A DNA stretch of 64,000 nucleotides from Polymyxa betae A26-41 (taxonomy: Eukaryota > Protista > Endomyxa: Phytomyxea), in NCBI GenBank assembly GCA_003693705.1, contig RBZT01000441.1, positions 84,400 through 148,399 of the forward strand. The letters run 5' to 3'. A program made the position numbers and the translations under genes. Below, one piece after another: positions 22,978-35,468 of this stretch (its first letter is position 1; the number at the start of each line of letters is the position of its first letter). The notes under the pieces were generated by a model. That model did not search any database, was not told the origin of the DNA, and saw only the letters and a program-made list of their open reading frames with translations.

Positions 22978-24551
22978 TGGACCCTTGGATGCCAAATTGG
23001 AGCATTTTACGTCCATTCGTCAATTACATTTGTAAATATGCAGCAGCATAGTCAGAAAGCATTTCTTGCAAATATGCAGCAGCATGATCAGAAGGAGTTG
23101 CTGAATACTGTATCGTTGCCAGGCGTTCGTTGCGGTTATGATAATTTACTGGATCTGAGAATGGACACTCAAAAGACCATAACTGCTGCAAAAGAGATTT
23201 TACGTTTATTGCAAAGAAGCGCGTTCGACATGAGACAAGCACTCTTTGATCAAACTGTTACTTCCAATGTGTTCAAAGCAGCGTCGTACGCTGGCACCGC
23301 GGCGGGGTATGCAGTGCCAGTCGTCGCTCCAGTTGCCATCGCTATCCGTATGATAGGCGGTGGATGCGAAAGTTTGGCGGATAACAGTGCAATCCTTTTA
23401 AAAGAAGTTGAGGAAAACATCAATAAGTGCAAAACAGACTAGATGGTCTTCCGCAAGATCTTGCAATCATGTGTGGCAATGCATCCCGCCAATGAATTTC
23501 CAAAACGTTTTGAATAAAATGCTGTATATTTGATGACTTGATTTCTGTTCTGCTCTTTCTGTGCGGCGACAAACTCGTCAAAGGCAGCCGCACAGGCAAG
23601 TTTGCAATCCAACTGGGATGCTATTGCATAGGCTGCTGGTTTCCTGCCAGTTGATCATTATCACGTTGGTCCTTTGGAACCAGGTTGCCGAGGCGCTCCT
23701 GTAATCATGTACATACATGACATCGCCCGTACACCGGACGGAGTCTAGAATGTAACGTGCTGCGAGTGACGGAGCACTCTCGAGAAATTCCAATTTTCAA
23801 TGCGCACTGTGTCAGGCTCCTCTTTTGAGCTTTCGAACAAATGTTGTTGGTAATGAATATACAAACTGTTTATCATCTAGTTTATTATCGCAAACATTCT
23901 ACCTGCAGATTCCACACATACAGCATGCAATGTCATCGTCGTCAAACGCAGCGCCGTCGTCCGTCTCCACCTTCGTCCTCGTACAGTGACTGGGACTCAA
24001 CTCAGCGAGACATCTTCAATCCCAGGTTCGCCAGCATGCGAATAGCGCGACGAGCGGCCCCAGCAGCGACATTGACCCGCACAGCCACCACGAAAACAAA
24101 ACGGTTCCCAGCGGACCTGATTCCGGCAAGCTGCTCCCGTTCCAACGGCGCGGCACCGAATCGCTCCAAGGCCCCGAGCCCACCATCCCATCGAAGACGG
24201 CGATGATGCCGAAACGATCAGCGAAGAGAGCTCATGTGGATACACAGCCCATAAACACACACAATAATGTGGTGGGAATGAGTCCGCCCAATCCATCTAT
24301 CAGATCCGAAAAGAGAGGCCGGATGAGACTATATAGAATCGCGCTGATGACTCATCCATCCTTCTCATCAATAGATCCAGAAAATCTCATCCATCAGGAG
24401 ATCAATTATCAATAGCGTGATTGTTGTCATTGCCCATACACAAGATGGGTCATCCGACCTTGGTCGGATGACGATTTTGCGACACAGACGTGGGTGGTCG
24501 GGGGCTATGGGATTGCGGCAACACCTGTTGATACATTTTCATTTTGTCATC

Positions 24552-25846
24552 ATGAATCAGCGACTGTCGTTCACCATCATTGCGTTGGTCTTTGGGTGCA
24601 TTGTTCCTAACATTCATGCAGCAGGCAATTATGGATGCAGGGGAGCGGCGCATACAAAGGAATCACCTGACTTGTGTTTTCGCCCCATCATTATGACCTT
24701 TCTCTGACGAAATATCTGGGTCCACAATCTCACAATGAGGAGTGGGAAAACTATTTGGCGGAATGTCTTTCAAACGGCAGTTTTACTACTGTCGTTCATG
24801 GCGTTGCTGGTGCTGGGAAATCACGTTTTATAGAGGGCCTGATTGGGATGGAGCCAGACACAATATCTGGACGCAAGAAACAATCGGAACCTAAAACTAC
24901 CCCGACTTTGATTAGCGGTGTTACTCAGGAATGCACCGTCTACTCAGACATTAACGACGAGGTCAATTTCTGGCATGTGATTGACACACCAGGTTTCGGA
25001 TAGGCGAAAGAGCCTGGCCAAAATATGGTAGCTAAGTCCCTTGATGCCTGCTTCGAAATGATCAAAGCTACAAATGCGCCCTGCAAACGAATATATTACA
25101 TGATCGATGAAACGAAGGCGCGCGATGAAGTTCCTCCGTCAATATTGGAGAACCTGCAAGCCTTGGCCTTAACTTATGGTCCCTCATTCGCTGATTATTT
25201 TCGATTTGTGGTTAGTAAGTGCGACATGCTATCTCTTAAAAAGGATATATTCGTGAATACCAAGAATAATCTGATCGCCGCATTCCGGGAAGCATGTGGA
25301 GTTGACTTGGTACAAGATCCAGTTCTGTATATTTCGACATCAAATGTTGAAGGACACAATTGTTTTCGTCATTTGTTTCTGGACGTGGCCAAGCCCTCAG
25401 GAGAAGGTTTACTCTTGCAACAAAGTGAAAGTTCCTTTTCCAGACAGGCTCGGACCCTTGAACAATTCAAAGCCCGTGTTATGCCGAGTGCTCTCAAATA
25501 TAAGGTACACGCTGGCGATCAGTGGAAGTATCGATCGCACGATGTCCTCCAGCATGATTATGACTTCTCGATCGACAAATCGTCAATATTGAAGATTGGG
25601 AATTCCACAAAGAATGCCCAAGACGAAACGTTGAAATATCTGACTTTCCTCAATTCGTATATTGATGCTCAAGATTACGTTCTAAAGTACGAAATTAAGG
25701 ACTGTGAAGATTGTGATTGTGCGAATCAGGCCAGACAACTCTTTAAAGGACTGAAAAACGTGGCTATCTCGGATCGTGATCTGGTAAAAGGAGCGTTTGA
25801 AACTATTGCAAATCTGCCGAGCTGCACACTGGCAAGCTTTGCATAA
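24552..25846 (+). pseudogene. Secreted GTPase family copy 2 (frameshift after the signal peptide; TAG after G3)
   Basis: Signal peptide MNQRLSFTIIALVFGCIV, GVAGAGKS, DTPGFG*(25001-25003)AKEPG in the same frame as ORF 25025-25846, and SKCD. Confidence 0.8.
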
Positions 25847-26848
25847 TTGTACGATGGGAATACAGAGAGATTTGTTTTGCAATTTCGTTATACGCTATGA
25901 TGTAGTGGTGTATCGAACGGTTGTTCGACAGTTAATGGGACAAGTCCTGTATTAATGTATAAATAACGCGCCTGTAGTGTCTCGTATACCTGTGAAAGAA
26001 CCTACCAGGAGCCTATGCTTAAGGGTCCTCTACTCCTGTTCCAGAGAACATCTCCTACTCCTGCCAGATGCTAACAGACTACCTGACTGACAGCGACAAT
26101 TCGAAGGCATCGGATCGCTTCAAGATTACATGGGTACTGGAGACTACTGTATTGTGGAAATTATGTGCAGTGATGATCTCAGACAAGGTAATCGTGTATG
26201 TCATATGGTACCCGTCTCCTTAACACGACATTTTTACATAGGGCCACGGAATTTTGGATCCAATATTTCCCAAAGACAGATTCTCGTCACGACATCGGAT
26301 TTCGGCAAAAAAATATTCACGGAGTTTATTCAACAATGACGCATTTTTATTGATAACAAAGTGCGCAGTGGCGCATTTTTATTTATCACATTGGGAAAAA
26401 TTGAAAGTGTCGAGCTACCGTAGGTAAGATGGCGGGTATACATGTTGTTGTGGCTGTACATATATGGGACCCCGTATGGAACCAACATATTCCCTTGGTA
26501 CCTATGATCCAGCCTTCGCCTACGATCACCTCAAGCTTGCAACCACCATGACACCTTAGCGTACAGATTATCTACAAGGCGTTGCAGTTCCAATTCAACC
26601 ACATTCCCGACGTCGTCTTGGAGAGCTTCGTGTTCGTCATGACTGATTCGTTCAGATTGCTAGGTCAGGGGATACTTGTAGAGCCAGTTGGTCGTACTGT
26701 ATCAAGACATATAACTATGGTAAGTGCCATAATAAGGGGACTGATCATATCCACGTTCAAATGGAAGCCACAGAACATATCCGTGCTGGTCTATGGGGTC
26801 TCGTGGTCTACGAGATAGACCTGCCGCACCACTTGTCATTTTGTCATC

Positions 26849-27600
26849 ATGAATCAGCGACTGTCGCTCACCATCTTGTGTTGGTCTTTGTTTGCATTGT
26901 TCCCAACAGTCACACAGACCGTTATGGAGGCAGGGGAGGGTCGCTTAGACACCAATCATCTGAACCGAAGTTTGTTATATGACCGTCTCTAGACAATTTC
27001 TGGGTCGACCAGCTCACAACGATGCCTGCCAAGATGATATGATTCAATGTCTATCAAACGGCAGTTTTACTGCTGTCGTTCATGGCGTTATGGGTGATGG
27101 GAAATCACGTTTGGTAGAGACTCGGATTATTATCAGACCAGGAACAATATCTGGATACGAATTCACAATCCACTCGAGAATGCGTCGTTTACGATGACGT
27201 TATTGCTTGTAATGGCACCTTTATATAATCAACACATCGGTTTTGGAAAACAACCCGGTACTGGTGATGATACTATTGTGCAACAATCCAACAAATTGGT
27301 ATTGACGCACCCTTAAAGCGAATCTATTTGATGTTAGATTTCTACCCATCGAGAGATCAAATTCCCCCTTCAAGCTGCAAACGTTGTTTTCAGCTTACGG
27401 TCCAGAAATCATAGACAGTTTCCGATTTGTTATGAGCCAGTGTGACCGATTGGAATATCGTCGGCAATCTATCGTTGATGTTTAAGCGATGCTTATTACG
27501 AATATTCGGTGAATCTATCGGAGCCGCCTTTTGCTCTTGGATCTATATGGAGGTTTCCCCAATGCCGACATCGATTCAGATGCGAAAGGGTCTTCATCAC
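26849..27600 (+). pseudogene. Secreted GTPase family copy 3, heavily decayed paralogue of copy 2
   Basis: Shares atgaatcagcgactgtcg and the CLSNGSFTAVVHG DNA with copy 2; PLKRIYLMLD and FRFVMSQCD remnants; multiple frameshifts. Confidence 0.75.
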
Positions 27601-28302
27601 CATGCTCAATACCCGATACAACGCGTGTCTATTAATCCTCTAGATTCCGACCACACCAATACTGACAATGCTGCTCATACGGAACTGCCAGTTTCTAACC
27701 ACGACGTTAATCCTGCTGATCCACCTATTCAATGCGAACGGATAAACGAGTTTCGATTGATCCACAAGTCTCTGAGCATGTCAATGTCGACGCATCTGAT
27801 ACCGATCGGAACGTCGCGCAAACGCCACAAAGCTGAAAATCGCATTCGAGCACTGGAGTTCTGGATTTGGTCATCGTCTGTGGCTGTGTTCTGCTATTAT
27901 TCTGTGCCGCGATCACGGTTTTTGCCTGCACTGAAAGTCTTGCTGTTCGTACAAAGATAATGATCGTTAATTAGTGTTTTATCAATTATTGCAATGTGGG
28001 TGTTTGACGTGGTACTTGTAACAATAATGTGGTTTTAACACGAACGCGATTCTCGAGGATATCACACGCATCTTCATGGAACATCGCCAACTGCTGCAGT
28101 CGCATCGTTATGTCAAGTTAATAAACGACTCGACAGTCGTTCGAAGAAGGCAGGAATGACATTTGATGTAATCACGACAGACGGATTGGGTACGTACTGG
28201 CCGACAATAACCACGAACTAACCCCTGAGATAATTAACGCCCATATCCTACATGAAATGCTATATGTCACACGATCAATGAGTTGTTAACAAATCTGTGT
28301 AT

Positions 28303-29541
28303 TTATCGATGCTTGACAGAATTGACACCGCAATACAGCGGCAGATCAGGTAACCACTTCCCATTCAATGCATCAAGCTTACATCGATCGTGTTCAGCAG
28401 CAATCGCATAGTTTCGATGCGCAAGGCCTGCAGCCAGGCAACTACCCCCAACGAGTGTTCCGACACCCGTCATACAGATAGTGAAACCTGCAGCGATAAG
28501 CTCGTCCTTTGACTTTTTTCAAAAGTCATTTGATATTCTCTCAGAAGCTGGGAAATTCGAGATGCTAGATCCTGGAGAGAACGGGTGGACGACTGTAGCC
28601 ACAGAACACGTGTGGGTTCCCATTCGATAGCACTTAGAAAATTTTCGAAACTGTACTCTTTGATCAGGGATCCAAGCAATTTGTACATCACCTTATAGGT
28701 CTTCAAGTGAGGAGAATTAACACCCGAAAATAAAGTCGGTTGCAAATCGCCTTCGCAGGCTCGATCATTGGAAGCAATGGTTAGATCGTGTGACAGCTGA
28801 CGAGCATTCCCATTCGATGTCACTGAAATGAAAAGCACGGTTTTGGAATGCGGCTCTGGATCGAATACCCATTTAAAACACTCTAAAATTCTGTCCAGCC
28901 TTTCCTTAGCCTTGTCCTTGTTGTCTTTCATCAACAGATCCGACTTGCTGACGACGAAGCGGACCCGCGATCCGATCGAGGGTCCATATCGGGCAAGCAG
29001 GATACGGAGATGGCTTTCCAGGTTGTTTGGGACGGCTTCTTTGGGGTCGGTCCAGTCCAGTAAGAAATAGATTCGCTTGAGAGGGGCTCGCTGTTCTCGG
29101 GCAAATTGATGTGCACGGTCGACGCCTTCTAGGGCGCGTAGTTGGCCTGCCTCGCTGGGTTCCCCGAAGCCGGGAGTATCGATGACAAAGATGTTGGCAG
29201 AATGAGGATTGGTTCGAGACCGGCAGTTATAAATGTCGGCTCGGTCGGTGAGACTTTGAATGTTGCTGCCGTCTGGGAGTTTTTGGCCGATCTGTAGACC
29301 ATTCTGGTGTCCACAGAGCAATTTAATGAGGGACGATTTTCCGGCGGCCACCACACCATGGATCACCACGACGAAATCTTTGTTCAGAAATGCAGGGGCG
29401 AGATCATTCTCCCAGTTGTGTTGCGGACCCAGATAGTTGTTGAATCGGGAGCATCCGTATTCATGAGGAACGAAGCCCGAAATTGACAGCACAATGACTT
29501 CCAACGAGGCCTAACAGGACAACAATACTGATGATCCGCAT
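28303..29541 (-). pseudogene. Secreted GTPase family copy 4 (inverted duplicate of copy 1, two frameshifts)
   Basis: Same signal-peptide DNA as copy 1, a +1 nt at ~29480, near-identical G domain up to SKSD, and a second shift at the T6 run at ~28514-28519. Confidence 0.8.
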
Positions 29542-30061
29542 TGTAAATGGATTGTGGCTCTGACCTGGGCGGGGTCGGGGTGACGGGATCTGCGGCCTAC
29601 AATGCGACTCATCTTAATTCAACATTGTCGGGGTCTACGGGCTACAGTGCGACTCAATTCAACATTGTGTCAGATCGGTTTCCGATAAAGTGCGGGCGCA
29701 CTTTTTCAATATATGGCTTCTCCGTGGCTGCCTATCGAATCTCCTCGTACTGTATGTACAACGGAAGGGCCCATCGAGTCTACAATGTAACGTATAGTAA
29801 CCATCCCGTACACCGGACGGGTGCATTCAAGGTTTCTTGTTCTATCGAGGGCTGTTGCCTTTATTCCTTTCGACGGGCTCTATCAAAGAAAGGCCTTGTT
29901 TTGGTCAATAATGGGATCCGCGGCTGAGCCGTTGCAGATCTATGAGACCATATGACCAAAGTATGACAGTCTAGATGTCGATGACGGTTAAGGCTGGAGA
30001 CGGGAAGATCATTCGGACATGCTAATTGAAGATCTCCACTGCCCCTCCAGTGCCATTTCGC

Positions 30062-30288
30062 TGTTGTCGTCATCCTCAGAGGGTGGAACTGAATCACCCT
30101 GTTTTTCAGCCAAGCCTACAACAAAATACAGAGAGAAGCATTCTGATCATTGGCGATGGAACGAAAATGAAAGTCAATGTTACTGGAGACTAGACTGAAG
30201 CGTTTGTCTTTCTCTCTTTTTGTTTTATTGTAGGCTTGGCTGGCAACGGGTGATTTCTTTCCGCCTTCTCAGGAGGACAACGACAACA
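30062..30288. mobile_element. Degenerate inverted-repeat element (old MITE-like)
   Basis: 30062-30140 is an imperfect reverse complement of 30205-30288, with exact core cagccaagcctacaa/ttgtaggcttggctg. Confidence 0.6.
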
Positions 30289-30634
30289 ATCGAATACCAG
30301 GCCAGGGCAAATTAAAGGCACAATAAATTTGGATTTTTGGGTTGGGTGAATTATCTATCCTTCGAATGTCATTTCGGAATTGGGGAAATTAAAAATCATG
30401 GAAATAGAATTGGTGGCTTATTTGTATTCTAGAGCATGGGTGTTTTAATATCATTTTCGTGAATTCAGGACATTGATTTTTGGAAATGGCTGTTATTTTG
30501 GGTGGAAAATATCGACGATACCTTTACTGTTCTCGCATCGAGGCTTAAATATGGCTATTATCTTCCGATATAAAAAAGCTTCTGATGGCCGATTCTATGA
30601 TCTTCCTCCGATTCATAATTCATTCATTATCACG

Positions 30635-31336
30635 ATGAAAATTGTTGCTATCTCTATCGGCATCGCCATAGCTGCTGCTCTAGCCTTTGGCCTGTCAGAC
30701 GATTCTGGACTGACAGTTCCTAATGACCCTTTGCCGAAAACGAGGACAACAAGCATTTTGCTGATTAAGAGGCCTTCGTCTCACTCGAAGCCCTCAGATA
30801 TTCATCGTCCACGCTTGCGAATGATCCTCATTATCCGTCGTCGCATATCGCTAGGAAACTCATCTTGGCCTCATAATGGCATCGGTGCCGCTAAATACGA
30901 TCCTTTCTCACATAGGCAGTCTCTTTGGAGTGGTGAATCTGGTGATAGACTTCTTTCTCATAATGTTCATCCAAGTCCTAGACACAGCACTCATCACAAA
31001 GCAGATGGCTTCAGTGATCATTATCATGTTAAGAAAGAACCAGAATTGAAATATGTTCGTACCGGAAACCGATACTCTGACGATTCGGATATTGACCGAT
31101 ATGAATTCTTTAAGCACCAATCGCAGGCACCAACCCATCAAGACTCGAAAGCACGTATTCTCAGACGTGAAACTATCGTTATTTCACTGTTCGTGATCGC
31201 GACACTTTGCGGTTTGGGCCTGACCATCCTATCGATGCGACCTCGGCAGAGAGTCGATGATGAGACCAACGAAGAGGTCGATGATAAGACATATGCGCCT
31301 CTACTATCACCATCTGTGGTTACTACAACGGCTTGA
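30635..31336 (+). CDS. Type I membrane protein of unknown function
   Basis: Signal peptide MKIVAISIGIAIAAALAFG, His/Ser-rich ectodomain, TM IVISLFVIATLCGLGLTIL and a short tail with YAPL. Confidence 0.7.
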   Translation: MKIVAISIGIAIAAALAFGLSDDSGLTVPNDPLPKTRTTSILLIKRPSSHSKPSDIHRPRLRMILIIRRRISLGNSSWPHNGIGAAKYDPFSHRQSLWSGESGDRLLSHNVHPSPRHSTHHKADGFSDHYHVKKEPELKYVRTGNRYSDDSDIDRYEFFKHQSQAPTHQDSKARILRRETIVISLFVIATLCGLGLTILSMRPRQRVDDETNEEVDDKTYAPLLSPSVVTTTA

Positions 31337-31664
31337 TGAAGATAATGAACTCTCTAAACTTGAATTTTCTGACCTAACCTTAAATCAATGTGTTTCTTCA
31401 GCAAGCAAAATTTTAAAATGGGATTATCATCTTATTGTTGCTGTACCAAATTGCGGCCTTCTTTCTGATAAAACTCACAACACGAAATTGTCCCTGACTA
31501 ATCTCAGGCGGCATAATGTTGACTTGACAGTTATGATGCACCACTATGAACATTGGTGCTTCGTAGAATCCATCGGTTAACGACTTCGACTGCGATCTTA
31601 TCGTCATCGTTTTTATCTTTTCCGGGACGCCACATTGAGGCTAATTCCCGGCCTGGTCGGGGGA

Positions 31665-34583
31665 TCAGCCAAGGTTTGAGGGACGATAGGACGACATACC
31701 CAAGAATTCACCAGCCTGAACAATGTCGGTTGAGAACAACGATTCTTGCAAACTGCTATTGAGGAAGGCTGATAAAAGCCGACCGAACATTCGAGAATGG
31801 ATTAGAAGTTCAGTATCCGGCTGATTTTGCGCTGCCAACAGTGTTCGGGCGACAAGTTTTAGTAGCAGCTGGCGATGCTCTTCTTCCCGAGATTTCTGCC
31901 TCATCATTCTGTGTAGTCTATGGTCAACCCCATAGAAATATTTAACTAGTGAATCGCAACGTACCGATTCGCCATCCATTCAGATGTTTGTTCATGAATA
32001 GCACCTTCCACGTCAGCAATAGGCCCACCTAGAAGGGGTCTAATTTTATCAATGCAGGATGACTTGAGCCCGTCAATTTCCTCATCTCTATGTAATGTTC
32101 ACTTAAGGAAACAGCTACTATAAACCTGAAACGTACTTGATGCCGTCTTCTTCAAAAACTGCATGATTCTGAAATACTGTAGATATAGCTTCTTCGTAAT
32201 CATCACGATCATCTACCCCATCGAGCAGCGTATCCAAGAGGTCTTTAACGAATCTTGTTCGAAGGCTTAAACTTTTATAACTGATAACATTGATTGGTTG
32301 ATCCTATAGTTCCTTTCAAATACCGGTTCCATCTCGAACGCTGTAACATACCTTAGTCCTTCGACGTATCTGTAAACGTTCAACAGCATTACGAAAATCT
32401 TGCTTGTAAAGCATCTCGTCGGCAGTTTGCTCAGCTGACCGAAATATCTGGCTGTCTACCAACTCAATGCATTCTTCAAACACAGCTTTGGCACGATGAT
32501 AATCTTGTTTAGCCAACAAAGCGATGGCTTCAGACCTTAACCTGAAAGCTTTTGCCCAGTTAAGTATGGTAGTATCATTAGGATCCAGCGCTTGAGCCTG
32601 CATCATGAATCCTATTCGGCAAGTCAGATATACTCTTCGAAACATTCAAAGACGTATCATATTTACTTGAAATCAGATTCTCAACAGCTCGATCTGGATT
32701 ATCCACTGAGGAGTGTGATTCCAGTAAGTCAATGCCAGCAACCAGGTTAGCACGAGCTCTTATTTGAGATATAAATCCATTAGCAACATCAATAACTTCG
32801 CCCTCCATCTGGTCAATATGCCAATAGCATGCAGCTCGTATCATCCATTTCAGAGCCCGTTCCTTATTGTTCTCTTGCAGACATTGCTTCGCTTCTCTTC
32901 TGCAGCGCAGAACTTCCAACGCCTATACCAGAAGCTAAGCAATAGAGTCAGAAGGCCAACCTTCATGCATACCTGATTACATTGCATCATGCCCAGTTTG
33001 GCATCGTGCTGCTGCGCCAGCAGCTCCCGAGCGCTGCATTGAGAAACAACCTTGGCAAATAGCCCATGAGCCTTCTTGATCAGTTCTTCACGTTGGTCAG
33101 GCGGTACTGATTTCGACTGAAAAGCACAGAGGACATTGGCCCTTGCTTGCTTAATGACTGGGCCCAGTCGTGGCTGAAGGGCTTTCAACTATTCCCGCAT
33201 TACTTCCATATGAGTTACGTTACTGTGATAAACCTCCTCACCTTTATAGTGTTTTGTTCTCGTTCACTACGAAATCTGTCGACGATCTGGTTGGCGTCAA
33301 TGGTGCCCATCCCGTTCATCAGCGCCGACGCAGAGACGTTGGTATATGACGCCATGACTCTGTTCAGGAGTTGCTGAACGGTCACAAAGACGTGGGCGTT
33401 GTCGCATTTCTCCAAGTTCTGGGTGAACTTTGATAAGCGGTCATAAATCAGTTGTACAGCCGAAATTCGACGCCGATCACTAATAGAGCAGCGAAGCGTA
33501 TCCAGCTGATTCAACTGCTGGAGGCGATCCTCAACAGATTTGACATTTGGTTGAATCAAGTTCATAAGCAGCAGAGCTTGCTTGCCAATTGCGATCTTTT
33601 CGGCCTATAAAACATGATAGGCTAAGGTCGACGTGAAGCATAAACGTACAATTGTTCCGTCAATCACTACTGATGGGCGTAACAACGCTTCTCGATCCGA
33701 TTTTGGGCCTTGACGAGCTAGTATAATTCGTAAGTCCTCAACCTGAAGCTCGGCCTTGTCAAGAATTTTGTCAAGGAACGGCTGCAGTTCCGATGAGATG
33801 CTATTGATTCTTGCAATCACATCTGTCAGCCGCTCGTCGACCTTAAAAGGTATCAGTACACTGGCCACAAAATCTGGTTGAATTACCTGATTGGTGAATT
33901 CTTGTACTGCTGATTGCTGATCTGTGTTCATTGACGAAGATAATCTTTTTCCATTCAAACCCATTTCTTCATTGATATCTTTCAGATTTCCTAGAATTGC
34001 GATGCTCAAGATTTCGTGCATCTGTTCCTCAGCTCGTTTTGCTATCGCTAATAATGGATCTGATCCCGTTTTGATTATTTCTAATACCTCTCCTTGTTCT
34101 TCGGCCAACTATATAGTAGACTATCAGTATCTATGAGGCTGAACGGGACGTGATTGTAAAATACAGAAATTGATAGACACTGACTTTGAAAGCGCGAGCT
34201 CGTTTGGACTGGAAATTCTGTTGCGTTTCAGAATCCAAATTAGCTGTTAGCAATGTGTCGAAGAGCTCAATCGATGCTGAATGACGTCCTCTATCGAAAG
34301 CTATCAAGGCAATCAGATTTAGCCGTTCGAAGCGAAATCGTTCATCGTTGTCGAGAAGCGATTGATGGAATCGTAACGACGTGATATCGTCGTTAATCTC
34401 TTCGTTAATGATTCCGGAATCGATCTCTGCTTCAATTCGCTGGGAAATTTGAAGAGCCTCTAAATAATGTGAGCGAGCCGCGCGATAAGCGCCAAAGGAT
34501 TGCAGTTCATCGCCGTATTTGCCATGCTGCTGGGCTAACAGAAGCAGGCAATGAGCCGAAGGCTCCTCCTTTTCGGCTTGCAT
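31665..34583 (-). CDS. Large multi-exon alpha-helical/TPR-like protein
   Basis: Series of co-oriented helical exons with TPR-like segments (ARSHYLEALQI; AQALDPND). Confidence 0.6.
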
Positions 34584-34685
34584 CACTGCAATACGATCAT
34601 CTCACCAAATAATCGATTAAGGGTTAATATCTGGTACTAGTGGAAGATCTGATATGATTTCATGTTTTCCATTTATTACATTTCT

Positions 34686-35468
34686 TTATAACGCTGGTAT
34701 AGCATGAAACGACGTTTGAAAAGACAAATCGACCTCGGTGTGATTTTGCAACAGTTCTGGAAAATCCACGAATTCATACTGTGATAGGTCGGAGTCGGGA
34801 ACAATATGAATGATAGGGAACTCGATGATAGTTGACGATGACAATGCATCCCTTAGAGTTTTGTGATGGGGAACACGACGAAATGGAGCGGAACGTGATG
34901 TTGGGGCCAGTAAGAAAGCCGAAGATTGCCGGCTTAGCCGATGACGAAGAGCCAGGTTGGTTCCGACAATTTTTTCAAACACGTCGTTCAGGGTCATATT
35001 CTCATCGATTCGATGTCTTAAAATGCGTTCGTCGCCAAATACGAATTCTATTGTCCACAAGATCCTCGACTTGGTTTGATCGAACATCGAACGATTCTTT
35101 CGGCGACGTGACATTCCCGATGACATTACACGAAGCTTGACATGGCGAGAATTGCAGGCCTGTAGCAGTCGGTTGGTCTGTGATTTCGGACGAACCATAC
35201 GCTGATCCCGATTCGATCTATCGCGAACACGAGAGACTTCCTCAAGAAACGAGAAATCATTGAGCAAGTCCTGATCACTGAACTCGCGAAGAGCAATGAA
35301 GGCGACTCGATCGCGAATCCCGGAACAACCGGTGGCTGCTTTATGCTTTCTGCTGCAGGGCAGACTGCAAGTTCTTTCATCACAGCGCGGGCATCGGTAC
35401 TTCGCCGACGAAAGGTCGCAGATAGCACATTGCAGGGTCGGGCTAGGGCGGATACGATGAGTGGTCAT
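34686..35468 (-). CDS. BCD1: Box C/D snoRNA biogenesis protein (zf-HIT), BCD1/ZNHIT6
   Basis: CAICxxxxAKYRCPRCxxRTCSLPCSRKHK, DFSFLE, WTIEF and IIEFP motifs. Confidence 0.92.
   Translation of the reverse strand: MTTHRIRPSPTLQCAICDLSSAKYRCPRCDERTCSLPCSRKHKAATGCSGIRDRVAFIALREFSDQDLLNDFSFLEEVSRVRDRSNRDQRMVRPKSQTNRLLQACNSRHVKLRVMSSGMSRRRKNRSMFDQTKSRILWTIEFVFGDERILRHRIDENMTLNDVFEKIVGTNLALRHRLSRQSSAFLLAPTSRSAPFRRVPHHKTLRDALSSSTIIEFPIIHIVPDSDLSQYEFVDFPELLQNHTEVDLSFQTSFHAIPAL

Noticed and set aside
22975-25003. Stop-codon reassignment explaining the in-frame TGA and TAG in the GTPases
   Set aside because: Conserved genes in the window end normally at TAG, TGA and TAA, and the same loci also carry frameshifts.
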